Assembly: GCA_002269645.1 (NCBI GenBank)
Contig: NIVC01002865.1
Coordinates: 1-64,000, forward strand
Direction: 5' to 3'
DNA: 64,000 nt
Source of the DNA: Macrostomum lignano
Taxonomy: Eukaryota
Part shown: positions 1 through 15,229 of the stretch, one piece after another
Layout: the number at the start of each line of letters is the position of its first letter
Position numbering within the stretch: the stretch's first letter is position 1
Translations under genes and position numbers: made by a program
The notes under the pieces: generated by a model
The model's input: the letters and a program-made list of their open reading frames with translations, nothing else
What the model was told of the DNA's origin: nothing
Databases searched by the model: none

Positions 1-1029
1 GAAAACTCAGAAGGAAAGAATGGTGACATGAGAATTAGCTTTGGCTAATCTGTGTGACAGAAAGTCCAGGTAGCCTATGTGGCAAAGTTCCAGCTGTCCA
101 TTGATATAGTAGACGCTTCATTGCACCAAGGCAAACCAAGTGCATATAGTCAAGTGGAAATGCATTGATCATGTTAATCTTTAAAGAAGTCAAAGGAGAC
201 AAACCAGAATGGTGATCATCATCATGCTGCAATCTAAATGAATTGTCTGTCCTCAAAGGTGCCCCAATATCATTTAGAATTACATGGCCAACATGGGTTC
301 CATACACAGTGCATCTTTCACATGCTGCATATCCACTATGACCCTTAATGCATTTAATAAAAGCACATGCTGGTGCATCACAAATAAATTTAATGTCAAC
401 TAACTCTTCTACTTCCTTCAGATCATTTATTAGCTGCCTTAGGAATTCCTCAATTGGAGGCTTGCCTATGCCATAGTAAAGAGCAATGACAAAAGGTTCA
501 ATATTTCCAAAGGCACCAATAATAGGCCAGAATTCCTCTCTAGTACTCTTGTTGATAGGAAGGCCATCAATGCTAATTTGAAGTTGTTGTTTTCCTTGAA
601 ACACTGGAATAAGGCCATTGATACACTTTAAACCATAGTAGGCAACTTTCCATTTCCAATGGCTTTGAAATTAACTGTTTTTGGTGTTTTTAATAGTGTT
701 TGGCCTGTCCGAGGAAGGAATGGAAAAAAGACCACTAGAATCTTCAAAAGAGCAGTAAGAGCACAAAGTGTTACTTTGTAGGTTATTGCCCATTCTTTAA
801 GTTTTGTTGGAAGAGAAAGGCTAGCAGAATCAGTAGATAAAGAAGTACTAGCTGCATCATCAAAGTAGTCACTAAAGCTTTGTTGAGATTGACTTGGTAT
901 AACCTCAATAGATTCTTGCTCATTGGCAACATCTGCATCACTATTGTCCTTATCAATATCATGAATTAGCAACTCAGCCTTTCTTTTAACATGACGTTGT
1001 ATTGTCCTTTTACTTGCAGTTGAATCCAT
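1..1029 (-). pseudogene. EnSpm/CACTA-like (animal CMC-type) transposase, frameshifted and truncated by the window edge
   Basis: Motifs include SIDGLP..K, FWPI, FICDAPA.AFIKCIKGH.GY..CERC and LDYMHLVCLG.MKRLL. The track ORFs 628..1053 and 35..604 join if one base is restored near 645 (GK-F-AYYGLK). A second 1-nt deletion near 41 restores 'QKLILMSPFFPSEF'. ATG is at 1029. Confidence 0.85.
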
Positions 1030-2449
1030 AATAAAAATAACAAGGTACAACAATTGATTTATTATGATTTAGAAGATTCAGTAGCTGCAATAGATTAAGT
1101 TATTAAAGAAATACATTATAAATTTCTATTATAAATTATATAACATAAAAATACATAAAATTCCATACAATAAATGTTAGTAGAAAGCAATAAGGTTACA
1201 AAAATTCCAAATAAATTTTCAAAAATAAAGCATCATTAAGCTAATTTAGCTTAGCAAAAGCCTAGGTTTTAGAGATAGAGACAGGATATACAAATTGTAT
1301 TCTATGTCTAACCAAGGATATAATTTGGATAATTAAGATACATTTAAGACTTACCTTTGAAACCAATTTACTCATTTTTAAGATAGGCCTAGGCCCTAGA
1401 TTTTTTAATTCAATTTTATATTTATCTTTAACTTTGGTAACTTTAGATTTAGACTTCAGTTCTTAACTTAAACTCAATGTATTATAGTATATAGGAGTTC
1501 CCTGCTAAATTTAATTAAACTATAGTTAAATTTATCGAATACCATTGTTGTACACTTTTCATATGCCTACTTGTTTTGTTGGGTTTACCTAATGTTTTCT
1601 GCAATATGTCCAATAAAGCAGCTAGGGCCTAGGGGTCTATTGGCATTGCTACATAATATATAACTAGCATAATTATAATTAGCAAACTGAGGCCTAGCTA
1701 ATAGACCTAATGATCTATGCCTAACTAGTGCTAGGCCTATTACACTAGGCCAATCAATTGAATAGATGCTTGAAATATATCTTCAGACAAAATATATCAT
1801 TATCAACCATCTTTAAATGGGTAGATTCATGTCTGTCTATAGGAACAAAACTACAAAAATATAGTATTTCCATGTATGTAGGCCAATGCAATAAAAACTA
1901 TTTCATTGACACAAATATAAGGCTTTATAGCACAAAAATAGATTTGCTTTATCAAGTAATCAAGGTGTATTACAGTACATTGTGACTATCTACTATTGTA
2001 TTTTATTTATTATGTACAAAACTAAAATGCACTTAATATAGTTACGTTATGGACAATTCACACACAACACTAGATGCAGCCGCAGATCATTGTAGATTCA
2101 GTTTCAGAAAGCGAGTCTTCATTGAATAATTTGCAGCTCTAAAGTGGCAATATTTCATACTATACTTTGATCAATTCACTATTGTTAACGAAGCTAAAAC
2201 AAATTAACAAAAAGCTTACGTTTATAAATTATAGACACAGTGTAAAACAATTGTGTAGATAATATTTTGTATTATGAGACAGTATCTATAACAAGAATAT
2301 TTCTAGCAGTGTACTTAAAATTTACAAAATAATTAATGTCGAAAGTGACGTCGCTGCGACCAATAAGTGGCGACCAATTTTTGCCCGCGCGGATGGCGAC
2401 TAATAGCGACGACATGGCGACGTCGCAGCGACGTACAGCCTTGTCTGGG
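1..2449 (-). mobile_element. EnSpm/CACTA-like DNA transposon, 5' half
   Basis: The transposase lies upstream of a putative terminus reading CCCAGACAAG on the minus strand (2449 downward). Palindromic GCGACGTCGC / CGTCGC-A-GCGACG subterminal motifs cluster at 2346-2433. The other end is outside the window, so the TIR and TSD cannot be verified. Confidence 0.6.
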
Positions 2450-2885
2450 TGGGTCAACAATGGGGCATTAGATGATAGTGGGTCAACAATGGGGCATTAG
2501 ATGATAGTGGGTCAACAATGGGTCATTTGATGATAGTGGGTCAACAATGAGTCATTAGATGATAGTGGGTCAACAATGAGTCATTAGATGATAGTGGGTC
2601 AACAATGGGGCATTAGATGATAGTGGGTCAACAATGGGTCATTTGATGATAGTGGGTCAACAATAGGTCATTTGATGATAGTGGGTCAACAATAGGTCAT
2701 TTGATGATAGTGGGTCAACAATGGGGCATTAGATGATAGTGGGTCAACAATGGGGCATTAGATGATAGTGGGTCAACAATGGGTCATTAGATGATAGTGG
2801 GTCAACAATGGGGCATTAGATGATAGTGGGTCAACAATGGGGCATTAGATGATAGTGGGTCAACAATGGGGCATTAGATGATAGC
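2450..2885. repeat. 29-bp minisatellite, about 15 copies (TGGGTCAACAATGGGGCATTAGATGATAG)
   Basis: Direct reading. Confidence 0.95.
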
Positions 2886-2960
2886 AGGTCAAAAATAGAT
2901 CATCGGTCAGATGACATCGGTCACAACTTGACCTGACCCAAAACCAAACGTCATTGCCAG

Positions 2961-3245
2961 CTGAGGCACCGGTTCGCCAATCACGCCTGGGAGTGCGTGG
3001 AAGCCCTGTCGGCCGTGAGCACAGACAGGCCTCAGGCTTGGCGCAAACTTTCTTATCTGTTCAACGAAAACTCCGGTGTGCTGCTGTGCAGATGCTCCAA
3101 CGATGATCATTTGGAGCTTCGTCAACGAGCCACTAACTTGTTGGGCAAGTTGAGAAATTTAATGGAACTGCCCGAATTTGCACCATTCGCAGTTGCCCAA
3201 AATGCTGGGCTATTGGCCAAGCTATTGAGAGCGTACGCTGAGTAG
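2961..3245 (+). CDS. Putative orphan coding exon, helical/HEAT-like, product unknown
   Basis: A CATTGCCAG acceptor precedes an open, GC-rich, protein-like frame (LRHRFANHAWECVEALS...LLAKLLRAYAE*). No partner exons were identified. Confidence 0.4.
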   Translation: MRHRFANHAWECVEALSAVSTDRPQAWRKLSYLFNENSGVLLCRCSNDDHLELRQRATNLLGKLRNLMELPEFAPFAVAQNAGLLAKLLRAYAE

Positions 3246-3480
3246 GAGTCAGGTAGTTTTAGATGAGAGTCAGGTAGTTTGAGATGAGAGTCAGGTAGTT
3301 TGAGATGAGAGTCAGGTAGTTTGAGATGAGAGTCAGGTAGTTTGAGATGGAGAGTCAGGTTAGTTTGAGATGAGAGTCAGGTAGTTTGAGATGGAAAGTC
3401 AGGTAGTTTGAGATGGAGAGTCAGGTAGTTTGAGATGGAGAGTCAGGTAGTTTGAGAAGGAGAGTCAGTTAGTTTGAGAT
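3246..3480. repeat. 21-22-bp minisatellite (GAGTCAGGTAGTTTGAGATGA), about 11 copies
   Basis: Direct reading. Confidence 0.95.
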
Positions 3481-4100
3481 CTCCAGAAGCAAAGAGATCG
3501 CGGCAGAATTCCGTCAGTATTCAATAATTCTATTGACAAAAAACGCCCATGTTTCTACTCTTGCGTTGTTATTAGTAGTATGCAGCGCTATATTTAATTT
3601 AATTTTTCCGTCTTTTTTAGCATCGTGTCTGATAGACTGCGTGAAATAATACTTTTTATCTGTGTACATGCAGTCACTTTTTTCGCTTGTTTCGGCTTTT
3701 ATCGACATAATATGAAATTATTGTTTAACTGAAATTCCATGCTTTGATTAACTTTTATCTTCTTGTTTCGCTTCTGCTTCTGCTTGCTGATCTGCGTTCA
3801 CCTCTGCTTTTAGCCATTAAATGAGTTTTTTACCTTGTAATTTAAAGTTTTAATTGATTTTGATAGGACATTTTAGTAGTCGTTCATAATTTAAAAAATA
3901 TTTGTTGTGCCGGTTTCTGAGCGTTTGTACATAAAATTGTTGCTAATATCAGCCTAAATTTGAATGGTAAATGTCACAATAAATACCAGAAATAATGAAC
4001 AATATTTATTATAATATACTAATATTATAATTCAATCTGTATCGAAATCGTTAAAATACCTGATAAGCCTTCAAAAAGTGGCTTTCTGCTTCAGTTTTCA

Positions 4101-4343
4101 GAGATCCCCAGTTGCTGGGCCAGCCTCCCATATCCCCAGTTGCTGGCCACCAGCCTCTCAGATCCCCAGCTGCTGGGCCAGCCTCCCAGATCCTCAGTTG
4201 CTGGGCCACCAGCCTCTCAGATCCCCAGTTGCTGGGCCAGCCTCCCATATCCCCAGTTGCTGGGCCACCAGCCTCCCAGATCGCCAGTAGCTGGGCCAGC
4301 TTCCCAGATCCACAGTTGCTGGCCCAGCCTCCCAGATCCTCAG
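4101..4343. repeat. 28/31-bp minisatellite with internal CCCAG-TTG-CTGGG palindrome
   Basis: Direct reading; it explains the repetitive ORFs at 4051-4456. Confidence 0.9.
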
Positions 4344-4734
4344 TATCTTACCTTAGTATCCTCGGCTCTCACGCGGTCGCAGGTGTGCAGAGAATTGCGT
4401 TAGTCTCTAATTTTTGGCTACCGTTTTTCTGGGCTGCAAAACAACATCAAAGATAATCGCTGCTATTGGCGCCTGGGGCGGCGAGCGAAGCACCTGATGT
4501 CTCTGAAATGACTTTACGTATAGAAAATTGTTGTGCGAAAATATTACCCATTCGTTAACGTCAGATCATCGCCGTTTCTGGTAACAATCAAACTTTAGAT
4601 TCTCGGTGCCTTTGGGCACCGGTTGAAGGGAAAGAGAGTAATTTGAGGGGCAGGTGAGAAAGGATATGGAGATTAAGTTGGGCGAGGTAAGGGAGAAATG
4701 GGTGGGGTGGTGTTAAGAGACGAAAGAAAGAGCG

Positions 4735-4940
4735 AGGTGCCGGGAGAGGGGAGATGCAGGGAGAGGGGTAACGCAGGGAGAGGGGAGATGCAGGGAGAGG
4801 GCGAGATGCAGGGAAAGGGGTAACACAGGGAGAGGGGAGATGCAGGGAGAGCTGGGGGAGATGCAGGGAGAGGGCGAGATGCAGGGAGAGGGCGAGATGC
4901 AGGGAGAGGGCAGATGCAGGGAGAGGGCAGATGCAGAGAG
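4735..4940. repeat. Purine-rich 18-bp minisatellite (GCAGGGAGAGGGCGAGAT)
   Basis: Direct reading. Confidence 0.9.
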
Positions 4941-5471
4941 AGGACAAGTATAATAGAAATAAGGGAGACGGTAAGGCATACAGAAGGGGAAGTGAGATTT
5001 TATTCCTATTTGTTGCACTATTCCAAATTCTAGACTATACACTATAGTACAGAGGTGTCTACATGTAATTAATGATTAAGTCTGTAAGACACATGCAGTT
5101 GCAGTGTTGACAGCCAAGGGCAGACTAGCTATTGAGTTCATTTTTCGTCTCTTATTGTAATTCGCACGTATTTCCTTGTCGGTGTCTGTAATTTTCACCA
5201 AGCCTAGTAGGAGGGACTGTATGATATTACGACTATTAACGTAGGTAAATATTTTCCGATATTATTGAAATAGCCTGACAGACTGCACACTATGTAAGCA
5301 GGCGATCAATTAGCCAATAAATAATCTAATCAGTTTGTTGATCGAGTCAGCTGTATGTGCGCTCCATCTTTAGTGGCTGGCTGTTTGCAGTGCAAACCCA
5401 CAAATGCTTAAATTCTGTAGGATTCTGGATGCAGCTACCCTCGTATATTAGATGTGCTTATTAGATGAAGA

Positions 5472-5785
5472 AGGAGAGGGAGGGGGAGAGAAGGAGAGGG
5501 AGGGGAGAGAAGGAGAGGGAGGGGAGAGAAGGAGAGGGAGGGGGAGAGAAGGAGAGGGAGGGGGAGAGAAGGAGAGGGAGGGGGAGAGAAGGAGAGGGAG
5601 GGGGAGAGAAGCAGAGGGAGGGGGAGAGAAGGAGAGGGAGGGGAGAGAAGGAGAGGGAGGGGGAGAGAAGGAGAGGGAGGGGGAGAGAAGGAGAGGGAGG
5701 GGGAGAAGGAGAGGGAGGGGAGAGAAGGAGAGGGAGGGGGAGAGAAGGAGAGGGAGGGGGAGAGAAGGAGAGGGAGGGGGAGATC
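5472..5785. repeat. 18-bp polypurine minisatellite (GAGGGAGGGGGAGAGAAG)
   Basis: Direct reading. Confidence 0.95.
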
Positions 5786-6492
5786 CACAGGATGGAGGGA
5801 GGTGAGGTGGAGAGAGAAGTAAAGGTGGTGACAGGGGTGGAGAGAAGAGGGAGATTGGGTCAGGGTAAGAGTGAGAGGCCAGAGCCCATCCGAAGTTGTC
5901 ACGCGAACCCAGATGTTTGAGTATTGAACAGAAAGCCGAGCTCCAATATTTATCGTGTATATATTTTTGCGCATTGGGATCGGGAGGGATGAAGTGCCAG
6001 GTCGCGTGTTAAACTATCAGTATCATATTTAGGCAGGCTATTAGTGCGGTGAGAATGCGATGGTGTACAGAGATAGTTTTTATAAAGCGAAAAAATAACC
6101 GTACTTAATGACAGATTTTCAATACACGAGTACAATCCGATGGCTGAAAATTATGTATTAACTAAAATTACCGGCCCTAGTCACGGCAAAATTGGATAGC
6201 TGTTTGAGTGTCGGTTTTATAGTGACGCAAATTAATAAAATGACTTTCAGTAAAAGCGAAAAAAACATTTACGATGAAATGTTATAACTTTGTTCTGAAG
6301 TCAGTCAAGGTGAATAATTTGATATCTCGACAAAAAACGCTAAGGAAACACTGCTTTCCTTTTGTGCGGTGTCTGTCGAATTTCAAGCAGCTGCACTTTT
6401 ATCCATTCTAGTCAGCTTGCTACTTGGTTGGGCAGAAATGTGGCTGCGATCCTGTTTATTTCCGCAGTCTCTGCTGCGCCTGTCAATTTATC

Positions 6493-6523
6493 CTGCCTGT
6501 CTGTCTGTGCCTGTCTGTCTGTA

Positions 6524-6578
<55 letters not shown>

Positions 6579-6583
6579 ATGTA

Positions 6584-6616
<33 letters not shown>

Positions 6617-6830
6617 GCCTGTCTGTCTGCCTGTACATGTATGTCTGCCTATATGTGTCTGTCTGTCTGTCTGTCTGCCTGTCTGTCTGTCTGTCTGTCT
6701 GTCTGTATGTCTGTCTGTCTGTCTGTCTGTCTGTATGTATGTATGTCTGTCCGTCTGTCTGTCTGTCTGTCTGTCTGTCTGCCTGTCTGCCTGTACATGT
6801 ATGTCTGCCTATATGTCTGTCTGTCTGTAT
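6493..6830. repeat. (TCTG)n microsatellite, imperfect
   Basis: Direct reading. Confidence 0.95.
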
Positions 6831-6865
6831 TAGCCCGTGCGTCCAATTGCATTACCAATTAGTCG

Positions 6866-9887
<3,022 letters not shown>

Positions 9888-10084
9888 AGCGTTTTTGTCA
9901 GTTTTACAGTGTCGGGGGTTTCTAGGGAAGATTGAAATATGTTCAAGACAGAGATGACTGATAGATCACAGGAACTGTAATTCCCAGTTTTACCCGGCAG
10001 TACACATAATTTATAGGTTGGCGTGGGACTCAAATCGCGGCCTGTTATTGGCCTACAACTTCTCCATCGCATTTGCTGCAGGGA

Positions 10085-10565
10085 CTGACTAACTAACTGA
10101 CTAACTAACTGACTAACTAACTGACTAACTAACTGACTAACTAACTGACTAACTAACTGACTAACTGACTAACTAACTGACTAACTAACTGACTAACTAA
10201 CTGACTAACTGACTAACTAACTGACTAACTAACTGACTAACTGACTAACTAACTGACTAACTAACTAACTAACTAACTGACTAACTGACTAACTAACTGA
10301 CTAACTAACTGACTAACTGACTAACTAACTGACTAACTAACTGACTAACTAACTAACTAACTGAATAACTAACTGAATAACTAATTGAATAATTAACTGA
10401 CTAACTGACTAACTAACTAATTGAATAACTAACTGAATAACTAACTGACTAACTGACTAACTAACTAACTAAATAACTAACTGAATAACTAACTGACTAA
10501 CTAACTAACTCACTAACTCACTAACTAACTGACTAACTAACTAGCTAACTAACTCACTCACTAAT
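10085..10565. repeat. (CTAA/CTGA)n microsatellite
   Basis: Direct reading. Confidence 0.95.
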
Positions 10566-11274
10566 TTGAATTTTGTTGCGAATTGAATAAAAGACAATTT
10601 TTGTCCTACGAGACGTTATGTCAAAACTCGCTATATACGAGCCGTATTATTTGTTTATATTTCAAAGCTGAACGAAAATACGAAAAACACGGGGAGTAAT
10701 TGGATTTTTAAGTACTTCACCCTAAACAGATTCCTGCTCTAAAAAGGCATCAGAGAAAACAATAACTTGTGTAAGTAAAAGCCAAAATTGATGAGAATAT
10801 GAAAGAGTAACTGTGGCTTTGCTGTTTACAACAGTCGCGCATTACTTGTAGCTAATCTGTTTAATAAAAATTTTAGCTAGGAAAAATGTTTTTCTCGATT
10901 TTGGATTAGCAAACGCATCCGGTTATTTTTGCCGGCTGCAGAGTGAGTTCGATTCGAGTAGTGCTAAGGGAGCTGATTTTTATTTGATGATATTATTTTG
11001 AATAAATTGAATTCAGGTCAGTTGCATTCTCTCCTAGCAAAATGTCTTTGATGCATTTTGCTAGGAGTTCCATTTTGTCACCATCTTCTTGAGTGATAAC
11101 GTAAAATAATTTATCCTCTTCAGTAAAATGTTTCGAAGTATAGAGGGTTGTCTCGAGGTGGTTTTGTAGGTCCTCAGTACATCCCACACCGCTGCCACCA
11201 GCGCTAGCACCAAGTCAACTGAACAACTAGGAAACTAGTAGGATTTCTTGACGGAAACAAGGGCAAAAGGGCCC

Positions 11275-11477
11275 GTACTTATATAGGCTGAGAATCCCCA
11301 TTGCGCCATTCTGCGCTAGACCGCATGACTCAGTTCTATTTTTAGAACTGACGTCACCTCCAGCCTCCGAGAAAGCAGGGGTCCTCGGGCAGAGTGCGCC
11401 AGACCGCGTGATTCAGTGTCTATTTTTAGAACTGACGTCACCTCCCGCCTTAGAGAAGGCAGGGGTCTCGGGGCACG
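11275..11477 (-). promoter_or_regulatory. Promoter/enhancer-like module: 83-bp tandem duplication with CRE and AP-1 sites, next to a minus-strand TATA box
   Basis: Copies are at about 11312-11394 and 11395-11477. TGACGTCA is at 11349 and 11433; TGACTCA is at 11326 (TGATTCA in copy 2). TATATAA lies on the minus strand near 11279-11285. Confidence 0.5.
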
Positions 11478-12189
11478 AGATTCTCCCATAAACACGGGCC
11501 AACCATTGCAGTAAACATTACTGCACTTTGGACTCCAGGAAAGCAAGACTTGTCGTGTGACTAGCTCAGGCCACCACCAGTGCCCTCAGGACCAGTTATC
11601 AAGGGGAGCACAAAAAATTCCAACTGCACCTAAACAGGAAGTGAACTTCACTCTCTACCTAGCGTAAACGGCTTATTGTCTATATAAACTGTGACAGGGT
11701 GCATCTTAATTCTGGATTGGAACTTTCTAGGAGTGCGTACAGTATATGGCGCTTGCATGTGCTCAGGATTCTGCGGAATGAGCAGAACTGGCTCAGCGCT
11801 ATAGCTGTGGAACGATGTTGCAGAAATCTTTGCCTAATTTTAGATCAGTTTAATTACATTGCAACTGAATCTGTGCTGTGATTTGAATTGCCAATTATTG
11901 CTAGTGACGAAAACTCCATGCCTGCCAGCTCGCGTACTGCAAGAAAACAGCTTGGGACAAAATTGCCAGATCCACAGCCAATTTTCCGTTTCTTAATTGA
12001 AGAATTTTTCCTAGGGTAGTTTGTAATTTTTTTCTTGAACACCCGCGTCTAATATATAGAAAAAACATGCAGCGCTTGTTATTCTGCTTGAAGATGGCTT
12101 GCTTTACCTTGCTTATCCTATCAGGACTGCGCTACCACTTAACAATAATTGCTTCAGCTGTGGGATGCTTGAAGGTTCGCTACTGCAAG

Positions 12190-12190
<1 letters not shown>

Positions 12191-12239
<49 letters not shown>
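12191..12239. repeat. (CT)n microsatellite
   Basis: Direct reading. Confidence 0.98.
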
Positions 12240-12243
<4 letters not shown>

Positions 12244-12677
12244 GGCATCGCTTCTCTGTTTCTCGGAACTGCTTGAATCTGATTGGTTGCCGCTGCACTG
12301 AGAATCATTTAACCAACCACCCCATTTTATGCTGCGAGCGCTGTGGTTGCGTGCCACAGTACGAGCTAGGGCAGCCAATCAGCTTCAAGCCCAAGTACTG
12401 AAATCCCTACCATGGAACCAAAGGCTGGGACTGGCCGTTAATACTCGTAAAGCCAAGATAGACTAAAACGGCAATTGTTAAGATGCAAGGCTTGTGAAGG
12501 TATTACTGAAATCCTGTGGCTTATGGGGGTTGGGGTTGCTCAGGCGCTTTGAGCCAAAGCTCATAGCGGATCTCATATCTTAGGCTAGATAGCTGGCTAT
12601 CGGGGCAGGTTCTTTTATTGCTTAAAACATCATTTTTTAAGAGATTAACAGTCCCCAACGGCTGGCAAAGATTGCTA

Positions 12678-12886
12678 GCCTACAGATGCACTTCAAGACA
12701 CCCCTACAGATGCACTTCAAGACACCCCTACAGATGCACTTCAAGACACCCTTACAATTGCACTTCAAGACACCCCTACAGATGTACTTTAAGACACCCC
12801 TACAGATGTACTTTAAGACACCCCTACAGATGCACTTAAGGACACCCCTACAGATGTACTTTAAGAAACCCCTACAGATGCACTTC
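12678..12886. repeat. 24-bp minisatellite, about 9 copies (CTACAGATGCACTTCAAGACACCC)
   Basis: Direct reading. Confidence 0.95.
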
Positions 12887-13151
12887 AGTCCGCCCCAACC
12901 AACACGCACCTCAAGACGCCACTACAGATTGTTTTGTCAAACAAAAGTCCGAAAGCAGAAAGTCCAATTGGCTGTATTTATTTACACAGTTTGTGTATCT
13001 TGCTGAAACGTCATACAGTCTTTTTGTGTCTGAACGGATAATATAATTCTGAAAATAAAAACTAACTTAAAAAGTTTAGACAAGCCAGGATAGAGAAACA
13101 ACTAAAAGATGCGAGCCAAACCTCTAATTGACAGGTTTGGAGGCTACAAAT

Positions 13152-14612
13152 TTAGTAGTTGACCCTCGCTCGATTGGCGATTTCCCTCGGCCATCGATTG
13201 GTCTCAACCGGCAGAGAGCCGCCAAAGCCCATCAGAGAGTTTTTTGTGTATTGAATTATTCGACCGGGGAACTCTCTGCTCGAACTGGACGTGGTGCCTT
13301 CGATCACCAGCACGGCGGCCGTGTTGTGATACTTCTGAGCGTAATCAGCCGCCGAGAACAGGGTCATACAGCGACCACCCAGGCTTTCATTGAATCCGTT
13401 CGACACGAACATGTGACCGCGGACCATCCAGTTGATTTTGTAGCGTTTCATAAATTCGTTCAGCGCCGACCGGCTGAACACGTAGGAAATGCCTCGAGGA
13501 TTTGGCAGCCAATCGACCACCGTTGCTATGGGCTCTTTGGAGTTTTCCGAGTTGGCCAGGGCCATGGTGGAATGGTTCGATACTCGACTGGTTTGCGATC
13601 GAGCTCGACTCACGCTGCCGGCCTTGCCAAACTGAGATTCGATCACCCGGATCCGCTGGTCGCACCACTCGTCAACTGTTCGGGCCAGGGCGCGCAGATT
13701 GGGCATCTGATAGTCCGACAGGTCCAGCGGGTCCGACCAAAGCAAGTCAGCAACGAAGTCGTGTCGGCGAAACAGCACGGGCTTTGACAAAGTGTTAATA
13801 CGCTCTACTAGAGCCTTCTGACAGCTGGCGAACCGATTATGATTGAAGTGCGGCGACAGGCCACCGTGGCAGCAGAATACTTCGCCGTTGATGATGGCGC
13901 ACAGGGGCATGTAGGCCAGCACGGTGGCAAACAGGCCGCTCAACGACTGGCCCTGCGATGTGCCAAATATTCGCATTAAGTCGTTTTCAAAATTAAAATG
14001 CCGATAAACTCGCCGATCCTCGTGATTGCCGCGCAGCACAAATGTTGTGGTCGGGTGCAGAATCTTCATCAGCATGAGGTAGAGCAGCGTCTCGAGCGAC
14101 TGGGGTCCCCGGTCGACGTAGTCGCCGAGGTACAGGTAGGACCGACCGGGCGGACGGCCCAGGATGTCCGTCAGCTTCGCCAGCTGCTGGAATTCGCCGT
14201 GGATGTCTCCGAACAGCACCACGGGACTGGAGAGCTGCAGACAGCTGGCGTCAGAACAGAATAGCGGCTTCACAGTGTTGAGAATGCTGGTGATTAGGGT
14301 CGGGTTGAACTCCGATGGCAGGGCGCGTTGCTGCAGGCCGCACATGTGCAGCCTGTTGAACAGATTCAACGCCTCGGTGTATTCGAGCACCGTAGCTGCC
14401 GCTGCTGGTTTGTTCCTTGCGGCTGAATTATTTATCCTGGGCAGCTCAGCCGCGTACAGCAGAGCAGACGCTGCTTGATCAGCCTTGCTGTCAAACTCTC
14501 TGATCGCCCGTCTCTCGAGGACGTCCTCATCTGAGTCGTCTTCGCTTTCGTCGAAAGTTGATGACGATGAAGACGAGCTGGACGAATCAGTCCGCTTCCT
14601 GGAGGCTGACAT
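13152..14612 (-). CDS. Intronless PPP-family (PP1-like) Ser/Thr protein phosphatase, 486 aa
   Basis: All metallophosphatase motifs are present: GDIHG, GDYVDRG, LRGNHE, CHGGLSP, LLWSDP, PRG, VRGH and FSAADY. The N-terminus is acidic and Ser-rich. Confidence 0.95.
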   Translation of the reverse strand: MSASRKRTDSSSSSSSSSTFDESEDDSDEDVLERRAIREFDSKADQAASALLYAAELPRINNSAARNKPAAAATVLEYTEALNLFNRLHMCGLQQRALPSEFNPTLITSILNTVKPLFCSDASCLQLSSPVVLFGDIHGEFQQLAKLTDILGRPPGRSYLYLGDYVDRGPQSLETLLYLMLMKILHPTTTFVLRGNHEDRRVYRHFNFENDLMRIFGTSQGQSLSGLFATVLAYMPLCAIINGEVFCCHGGLSPHFNHNRFASCQKALVERINTLSKPVLFRRHDFVADLLWSDPLDLSDYQMPNLRALARTVDEWCDQRIRVIESQFGKAGSVSRARSQTSRVSNHSTMALANSENSKEPIATVVDWLPNPRGISYVFSRSALNEFMKRYKINWMVRGHMFVSNGFNESLGGRCMTLFSAADYAQKYHNTAAVLVIEGTTSSSSREFPGRIIQYTKNSLMGFGGSLPVETNRWPREIANRARVNY

Positions 14613-15070
14613 ACGGCGCTGGGCTCTGCCTGTTCAGCAATTGTCGGTCGGTTGGTCACTTGCCAACGTCTCAAAATTGCCAACGGGCTACCTTGATTTT
14701 GGCCACCGGATTGTCACCGTCCGCGCACCTGGGCATCGCCTCTGCGAAATTTGGCAAAAAATATTTTGCAATTAGTCAGCTGAAGGCGGTTCTAGCGGGC
14801 TTGTTTCTAGCAGGGATTTTGGCCTGTGATCACAGGTAATTATTAAAAATGGCCCAATCATTGCTATTATCCACCCACTGGTTGCTCGCATCCACCCACT
14901 GGAAGCAGTACTGAGTTTATAACTTACTTAAGGCTGACCTTAAAATTGAACTAACTAAGCACGATATTCTCGTCAACCATCAGAAGCTCGGACACTGACG
15001 AAGCACTTTTAATTTGTTTCTTTGACGCACGTCAAGTTCTTTTTTTCATCCATACGACCGCAATCCAACA

Positions 15071-15229
15071 AGGCAACCCTCAGTCTGTTTCAAGGCAACC
15101 CTCAGTCCATTTCAAGGCAACCCTCAGTCCATTTCAAGGCAACCCTCATCCCATTTCAAGGCAACCCTCAGCCCATTTCAAGGCAACCCTCAGCCCATTT
15201 CAAGGCAACCCTCAGTCCATTTCAAGGCA
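15071..15229. repeat. 22-bp minisatellite, about 7 copies (CAAGGCAACCCTCAGTCCATTT)
   Basis: Direct reading. Confidence 0.95.

Noticed and set aside
4051-6862. Long low-complexity ORFs (GGW/PQL, GEGGG, SVCL repeats)
   Set aside because: They are translations of mini- and microsatellites, open in several frames on both strands.
10993-11187. 64-aa minus-strand ORF downstream of the TATA-like box
   Set aside because: There is no ATG in frame, no recognisable motif and no clear splice sites.
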